Below are positions 44,230 through 49,833 of a stretch of 49,833 nucleotides of DNA, one piece after another. Position 1 is the first letter of the stretch. Every line of letters starts with the position of its first letter. The position numbers were made by a program, and so were the translations under genes. The notes below the pieces were generated by a model. That model ran no database searches. It had not been told where the DNA came from and was given only the letters and a program-made list of their open reading frames with translations. The stretch spans positions 1 to 49,833 of the forward strand of contig JBNLFT010000001.1 in the NCBI GenBank assembly GCA_050305675.1. Direction: 5' to 3'. The DNA comes from Methylococcaceae bacterium. Lineage in GTDB: Bacteria; Pseudomonadota; Gammaproteobacteria; Methylococcales; Methylomonadaceae.

Positions 44230-46395
44230 TCACAACACATCCAACTTGGCATAGGACAGCATCAACCACTTTAGACCGACGTCGTGGAAATTGATCTGTA
44301 CCCGCTCCTGGGCGCCCGCCCCTTCCATCTGCAACACGACGCCCTCGCCGAATTTGGCATGCTTGACCCGCTGACCGAGCTTGAACGCGCCGTCGGCCTG
44401 CGTTGCTACGCCGGATATGCCGGCCGCCGTCAACGGCCGGCTGACGCTGGCGCGCATCCGGATTTCCTGCACGTATTCGGGCGGAATTTCGCGCACGAAA
44501 CGCGATTGCCGCGGATAGCTCTCTTTACCATACAGGCGCCTGGACTCGGCATGGGTCAGATACAGGTGTTCCATCGCCCGGGTGATGCCGACATAGCACA
44601 AGCGTCGTTCCTCTTCCAGGCGCCCCGGATCCTCCAGCGACTGTTGCGACGGGAACAAGCCCTCTTCCATGCCGACCAAAAACACCAGCTTGAATTCCAA
44701 GCCCTTGGCCGAATGCAGGGTCATCAACTGCACGCAGTCGTCGTATACGTCGCCCTGCATCTCTCCGGCTTCCAGCGCGGCGTGGGCCAGAAACATGTCC
44801 AGTTCGCCCAGCCGCTCTTCGTTGTCCTCGTCGTAATCGAACAGGCGTGCCGCGTTGACCAACTCCTCCAGGTTTTCCACCCTGGTTTCTCCCTTATCGC
44901 CTTTTTCCTTTTTATACAGTTCGACCAAGCCGCTGCGCTCCACCACCTGCTTGACCTTTTCGAATAACTCCCGGCCCTCGACTTCTTGTTCCAACTGGAC
45001 AATCAAATTCACGAACCCTTTCAACGCATTGGCGGCGCGGGAAGCCAGCCGGCCACTCTCGATCAACTCCGCCGCCGCCTGCCACAGCGAGATTCCGTGT
45101 GCTCTGGCCAGCAGGCGGATGTCCTCGATCGTCTTCGTCCCGATCCCTCGCGCCGGGGTGTTGACGACCCGCTCGAACGACGCATCGTCGTTGCGGTTGG
45201 AGATCACCCGCAAATATGCCAAGGCGTTCTTGATTTCCATGCGTTCGAAAAAGCGCAAACCGCCGTACACCCGATAAGGCGTTCCGGTGCTCATCAGTTT
45301 TTCCTCGAACTGCCGGGATTGCGCATTGGAGCGATAGAGAATCGCCACGTCACTACGCAAGCCGCCGCCTCCGACCCATTGGCGGATTTTTTCGACGACG
45401 AAATAAGCCTCGTCCTGTTCGTTGAAAGCCGAATACAGCGAAATCGGTTCGCCGTCTCCGGAATCGGTCCATAATTCCTTGCCCATGCGGCTATCGTTAT
45501 TGGCGATCAGCGTATTGGCCGCCTTCAAAATATGTCCTGTGGACCGGTAATTCTGCTCCAGCCGAACCACCTTGTGGTTGGGATAGTGGCTCTGAAAGTT
45601 GTAGATATTCTCGATTTTCGCCCCGCGCCACCCGTAAATGGATTGGTCGTCGTCCCCGACCACGAACAGATTGTCCCGACCGTCGGTCAACAACCGCAAC
45701 CAGGCGTATTGAACGGTATTGGTATCTTGGAACTCGTCGACATGGACGAACCGGAACCGGCGCTGATAGAACTCCAAGACATCCTCGTTGTCGCGCAGCA
45801 ATTCGTGAGCGCGCAGCAGCAGCTCGGCGAAGTCGACCAGCCCCAAACGCTCGCAAATTTCCTCGTAGGCCCGATATATGACCAACATCTGGCGCTGGAA
45901 AAAATCGCCGGTTTCAACCATGTGCCGGGCTCGAACGCCCTCGTCCTTTTGGGCGTTGATGAACCACTGCACCTGTTTGGGCGGCCACTTGGCCTCGTCC
46001 AGATTGAGATTCCTGAACAAACGCTTGATCAACCGCAGTTGGTCGTCGGAATCCATGACCTGGAAACTTTCCGGCAGCTTGGCCTGTTTCGCATGCCGCC
46101 TCAGCAAGCGATGCGCCAAGCCGTGAAAGGTGCCGATCCACATCGAGCGGGCGGATATTTGCAACAATTCCTCGATTCGGCCGCGCATCTCGGTTGCCGC
46201 CTTGTTGGTAAACGTGACCGCCAAAATGTTGTGCGGCGATACGCCGTCCACCTGAATATGCCAAGCGATGCGATGCACCAGGACCCGGGTTTTACCGCTG
46301 CCGGCGCCGGCCAGAACCAACACCGATTGGGGCGGAGACGACACCGCGATCCGCTGGGAGTCATTTAACGAATTGATTATTGAGCTGATTTCCAT
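44230..46395 (-). CDS. uvrD: DNA helicase II UvrD
   Basis: AGAGSGKTRVL, TFTNKAA, VDEFQDTN, VGDDDQSIYGWRGA, EQNYRS, MTLHSAKGLEF, EEERRLCYVGITRA, C-terminal Tudor-like GQRVKHAKFGEG. Confidence 0.97.
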   Translation of the reverse strand: MEISSIINSLNDSQRIAVSSPPQSVLVLAGAGSGKTRVLVHRIAWHIQVDGVSPHNILAVTFTNKAATEMRGRIEELLQISARSMWIGTFHGLAHRLLRRHAKQAKLPESFQVMDSDDQLRLIKRLFRNLNLDEAKWPPKQVQWFINAQKDEGVRARHMVETGDFFQRQMLVIYRAYEEICERLGLVDFAELLLRAHELLRDNEDVLEFYQRRFRFVHVDEFQDTNTVQYAWLRLLTDGRDNLFVVGDDDQSIYGWRGAKIENIYNFQSHYPNHKVVRLEQNYRSTGHILKAANTLIANNDSRMGKELWTDSGDGEPISLYSAFNEQDEAYFVVEKIRQWVGGGGLRSDVAILYRSNAQSRQFEEKLMSTGTPYRVYGGLRFFERMEIKNALAYLRVISNRNDDASFERVVNTPARGIGTKTIEDIRLLARAHGISLWQAAAELIESGRLASRAANALKGFVNLIVQLEQEVEGRELFEKVKQVVERSGLVELYKKEKGDKGETRVENLEELVNAARLFDYDEDNEERLGELDMFLAHAALEAGEMQGDVYDDCVQLMTLHSAKGLEFKLVFLVGMEEGLFPSQQSLEDPGRLEEERRLCYVGITRAMEHLYLTHAESRRLYGKESYPRQSRFVREIPPEYVQEIRMRASVSRPLTAAGISGVATQADGAFKLGQRVKHAKFGEGVVLQMEGAGAQERVQINFHDVGLKWLMLSYAKLDVL

Positions 46396-46505
46396 CTTTT
46401 ATCACTTGCACATTTCTGCGAGCTGTGTATATTTGCCTGCTTATGGAAAACAATGCCTTAATCGGGACTAGATAACAATAACGACATAACTGAGAGGATT
46501 AGAAG

Positions 46506-46754
46506 ATGAACTTTGATGTAAAACGCATGATGAAATTTGAACATAACGTCGGCGAAAAAGAAAAAAAATATCGGATGGCCGGCGGCGCGGCGCTAGTGTT
46601 GATTTCGGTGTTCACAGCCAGTATTCTGTTGCTGGTTCTTGGCGTGATATTGATCGCCACCGGTTATTCCGGATGGTGTCCCGCTTATTCAGGCATGTGT
46701 AGAAGCACCGTGGAAGAAGGCGAAAAATCCTCAGGAGACAGTTCCGAAAGTTAA
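46506..46754 (+). CDS. DUF2892/YgaP-like small membrane protein
   Basis: NVGEKEKKYR, two hydrophobic segments, GWCPAY; SD GAGGA. Confidence 0.8.
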   Translation: MNFDVKRMMKFEHNVGEKEKKYRMAGGAALVLISVFTASILLLVLGVILIATGYSGWCPAYSGMCRSTVEEGEKSSGDSSES

Positions 46755-46943
46755 GCAGTAAGTTTCGCCCGGGTCCGTGTCCCAAGGTGCAACACCGGCA
46801 TGGACCCGACGCCAACTAGGTTTATTATGCCGAGCTAACCGATACCGGTCCAGCGGAAAATTCCCCACGCCATCGTAATCCCGCGCAACGAACTCATAGT
46901 CAAACCAAGATCTTTTCAAACCAAAATCTGACACATCGGACCC

Positions 46944-48239
46944 GTGACAACCCTATTCCCGTTACCCGAAAACCACCCCCAGCGCTTCCAACTGCATAAC
47001 GAAGTCCACGCCCGCTCCCCGGTGATCCTGGACCTGCCGGTTACCGCCTCGCATCTGGCCCTGATGCTGAGTAGCGAGGAGAAAAAACAGGACCGCCAGC
47101 ATCTTCTGGCGTTGTGCGAACGCTTCGGCATGGCGCCGCCGAAACAAGACTCTAACCACTTTACCGCCCGTTTCGACAATTTTCAGATCCGTTGGGAACA
47201 ACACACCGAGTTTTCGACCTATACCTTCTACGCCACGCAAGTTCAAACCGATCCGTTCAAAAACCCGGCGTTGAAACATGTACCGCTCGACTGGATGGCG
47301 CACTTACTGGGGAAAGTCGTCGTCGCCGCCCATGCCACGATTGTTCCGGCCGCTCAACGCGCCTCGACGATCGAAGCGCTGGCAGAGCATTTCGCCGGCA
47401 ATTCCCTGGTCGGTGCCGAAGTCAGCGGCGGGGCGGCCAAGGCTTATACCGACTTCAGGATTCACATCGACGGTTTCAGCCGCTTTCTTATCGTCAACGA
47501 CCATCTGAAACAGGCCCAGGCCGGGCGCCTGTTGCAGCGCTTGTTCGAGATCGAGGACTACCGGGTGATGGCCTTGCTGGCCTTTCCGATCGCCCGCACA
47601 TTGGCTCCCGCGCTGATCAAGACCGACCGCCGGCTGATTGAGATCACGGCGGCGATGGCCGAAGCCGGCTGCAACGACGGCCAATTATTGGACGACCTGA
47701 CCACGTTGGCGGCCGAGGTCGAGAGCCATATATCCAGCAATCATTATCGCTTCGGCGCCGCCAACGCCTATTACAACCTGGTCAACCAGCGGATAGAGGA
47801 TCTGCGCGAAGTCCGAATCCAGGGACTGCAAACGTTCAGCGAATTCATGACCCGGCATTTCGAGCCGGCCATCGGCACTTGCCAATCCACCGCCAAACGC
47901 TTCACCTTGTTATCCGAGCGCATCAGCAATGCCGGCGAATTGCTGCGTACCCGGGTCGACATCTCGATCGAACGGCAAAACCAAGATTTGTTAAAATCGA
48001 TGAATACCCACGCCAAAATGCAGCTGCGTCTGCAAGGCACCGTGGAAGGAGTTTCCATCTTCGCCATCACCAGTTATGCGGTCAGTCTGGTCGGTTCGAT
48101 CGCCAAAGCGATGAAATCCACCGGCTGGGACATCAATCCGCCGTTGGTGATAGCAAGTTCGATCCCCGTCGTGCTGGTGATCGTCGCGATCGGCGTACGG
48201 CGAATCCATAAGCTGATTCAGAAGATCGGCGAGGACTGA
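46944..48239 (+). CDS. DUF3422 family membrane protein
   Basis: HPQRFQLHNEVHAR, RWEQHTEFSTYTF, GRLLQRLFEIEDYR, LLRTRVD, QLRLQGTVEGVS, C-terminal TM segments. Confidence 0.85.
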   Translation: MTTLFPLPENHPQRFQLHNEVHARSPVILDLPVTASHLALMLSSEEKKQDRQHLLALCERFGMAPPKQDSNHFTARFDNFQIRWEQHTEFSTYTFYATQVQTDPFKNPALKHVPLDWMAHLLGKVVVAAHATIVPAAQRASTIEALAEHFAGNSLVGAEVSGGAAKAYTDFRIHIDGFSRFLIVNDHLKQAQAGRLLQRLFEIEDYRVMALLAFPIARTLAPALIKTDRRLIEITAAMAEAGCNDGQLLDDLTTLAAEVESHISSNHYRFGAANAYYNLVNQRIEDLREVRIQGLQTFSEFMTRHFEPAIGTCQSTAKRFTLLSERISNAGELLRTRVDISIERQNQDLLKSMNTHAKMQLRLQGTVEGVSIFAITSYAVSLVGSIAKAMKSTGWDINPPLVIASSIPVVLVIVAIGVRRIHKLIQKIGED

Positions 48240-48240
48240 T

Positions 48241-48678
48241 TCAGTCATCCTTGGTATATTCGCCCTCGATGACATCGCGGGGCTTCCGACCCGAATAAGC
48301 GGAACCGGTACCCGCCACGATCAGATGATTTTCGATGACGTAACGGGCGATTTTACGCCGTAGCTGCGGAACCAGGCAGGCAAAGCCCAGCGCATCGGTA
48401 AAAAACCCCGGGGTTAAAAGCAACGCGCCGCCGACCAATAAAATCGGTCCTTCGATCATTTCGTAGGCCGGTATCGCCCCTCGATTGAGGCTTTCTTGAA
48501 AACGCCGCCAGGTGGCCAAACCTTGACGACGCAACAGCCAGGCGCCCAAGACGGCGGTGAACACCACCATGAAAACGGTAGGAAATACGCCGATGATACC
48601 GCCGATCTGCAACAGCAGATAAATTTCGACAAACGGCACGATTAAAAAAAACAGGAATATAATCTGTACGACTTTCAT
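48241..48678 (-). CDS. fxsA: FxsA family membrane protein
   Basis: VPFVEIYLL, LLRRQG, GALLLTPGFFTDALG, VIEGEY; ATG 48678. Confidence 0.92.
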   Translation of the reverse strand: MKVVQIIFLFFLIVPFVEIYLLLQIGGIIGVFPTVFMVVFTAVLGAWLLRRQGLATWRRFQESLNRGAIPAYEMIEGPILLVGGALLLTPGFFTDALGFACLVPQLRRKIARYVIENHLIVAGTGSAYSGRKPRDVIEGEYTKDD

Positions 48679-48836
48679 TAAAATACTCGGTTTGGGAAAA
48701 CAATTCCGACGCAACGATGCCCCGAAACGTAAGCAAGCGAAAACGACCAAGGTCTGATTCTTCCGCTCTTTATTCAATAATATGGGCATCCTGAGCGGAT
48801 TTCCACCACGATGTGATAAACGGATACTCTTGCCCC

Positions 48837-49154
48837 ATGCACCAAATCATTTTCTGTACCTGCCCGGACCGCGAAAGCGCGGAAAAAATCGCCCGGAGAC
48901 TGGTCGAGACCAATGCCGCGGCCTGCGTCAACATTCTGCCTGCGCTGACCTCGGTTTATCAATGGCGCGGCACCATTGAAACGGAACAGGAGCTGTTATT
49001 GCTGATCAAGACCCGCGACGATCGTTATCCGGAGATCGAACAGCAAATCAAATCGCTGCATCCCTATGAACTTCCGGAAATCATCGCGGTCTCAATCGCC
49101 CGCGGCCTGCCCGACTATTTGAAATGGATTGACTCATGCCTCGTTACGCAATAA
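48837..49154 (+). CDS. cutA: Divalent-cation tolerance protein CutA
   Basis: CTCPD, AACVNILP..SVYQWRG, HPYELPEII, YLKWI. Confidence 0.95.
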   Translation: MHQIIFCTCPDRESAEKIARRLVETNAAACVNILPALTSVYQWRGTIETEQELLLLIKTRDDRYPEIEQQIKSLHPYELPEIIAVSIARGLPDYLKWIDSCLVTQ

Positions 49155-49833
49155 TCGTCTTTTTGCTGGCCTTAATAAGCCAGCGTGTTGCCGCCATCGG
49201 AGCGGACCAATTACTGCCCCCCGAACAAGCGTTCAAACTGTCAGCGAAAGCGGTTTCCGGCGACCGGATCGAACTCGCCTGGGAGATCCACGAGGGCTAT
49301 TATCTATACCGCAACAAATTGGGATTCGACTCCAAGACCGAGGGCATCGTGCCCGGCCAAGCCGACCTGCCGCCCGGCAAGATCAAACATGACGAGTTTT
49401 TCGGCGACGTCGACATTTACCGCGGCCAACTGCGCGTAGCGCTGCCGTTGAGCGGCGTCGACCGGCAACCGAGCATGCAATTACTGGTTAAATATCAGGG
49501 CTGCGCCGACATCGGCGTCTGTTATCCGCCGCAAAAAACCGTGCTGGATATCGAGCTGCCAAAACCGGCGGATTCCGGCGGAGGGTTCGACAAACTGCTG
49601 AAGGGAATAAGCGGCCTCAAACTGAAGCTGTTCGAGGACGAATTGCTGCCGGCCGAGCAGGCCTTCCGCTTTTTCGCCGACGTCAAGGACGCCCAAACGC
49701 TGCATGTCGAGTGGATTATCGCCGACGGCTATTACTTGTACCGCGACAAAATCAGCTTCAAACTCGACGACACCGCCGGCACGCGGCTCGGCCCCTACCA
49801 AATACCGCACGGTGAACCGTACCACGACGAAGA
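49136..49833 (+). CDS. dsbD: Thiol:disulfide interchange protein DsbD, 5' part (partial); tandem N-terminal domains
   Basis: ATG 49136, signal MPRYAIIVFLLALISQRVAA, LLPPEQAF..WEIHEGYYLYR..YQGCADIGVCYPP, then a second LLPAEQAF..WIIADGYYLYRD; follows cutA. Confidence 0.9.
   Translation, partial: MPRYAIIVFLLALISQRVAAIGADQLLPPEQAFKLSAKAVSGDRIELAWEIHEGYYLYRNKLGFDSKTEGIVPGQADLPPGKIKHDEFFGDVDIYRGQLRVALPLSGVDRQPSMQLLVKYQGCADIGVCYPPQKTVLDIELPKPADSGGGFDKLLKGISGLKLKLFEDELLPAEQAFRFFADVKDAQTLHVEWIIADGYYLYRDKISFKLDDTAGTRLGPYQIPHGEPYHDE

Noticed and set aside
46396-46505. LexA box upstream of uvrD (CTGTGTATATTTGCCT)
   Set aside because: The right half-site ACAG is missing

Overview
A mostly housekeeping chromosomal window from a GC-rich gammaproteobacterium. 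It is probably a Methylococcales-type methanotroph; this is inferred from a Fae paralogue, a NifF-like flavodoxin and the overall gene set, and was not checked by search. The core genes are yggS, pilT-pilU, an HD-GYP gene, djlA, purC, radC, coaBC-dut-long PMM/PGM, argB, yggT-proC, murJ/rpsT, proB-obgE-rpmA-rplU, ispB, recD, an MCP, argH-phosphatase-cyaA-PilZ, a TRAP solute-binding protein, gap-pyk, tkt, uvrD, fxsA and cutA-dsbD (partial). No rRNA, tRNA, CRISPR array or transposase was seen. The most interesting part is an accessory block at about 39.7-44.1 kb. It has a sigma54/NifA-type promoter region upstream of a NifF-like flavodoxin that overlaps a small IRREKO-type LRR gene, followed by a Fae paralogue lacking the catalytic His, a cupin and a VOC-fold protein. 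Other notable items are a 249-bp MITE-like element with 23-bp inverted ends, a coaBC gene with no canonical start codon (ATT/ATC), an unlisted 51-aa membrane sORF upstream of argH, an HCCECxxH protein abutting a lipoprotein gene, and a DsbD with a duplicated N-terminal domain. All family names come from recognising motifs by eye; no searches were run.
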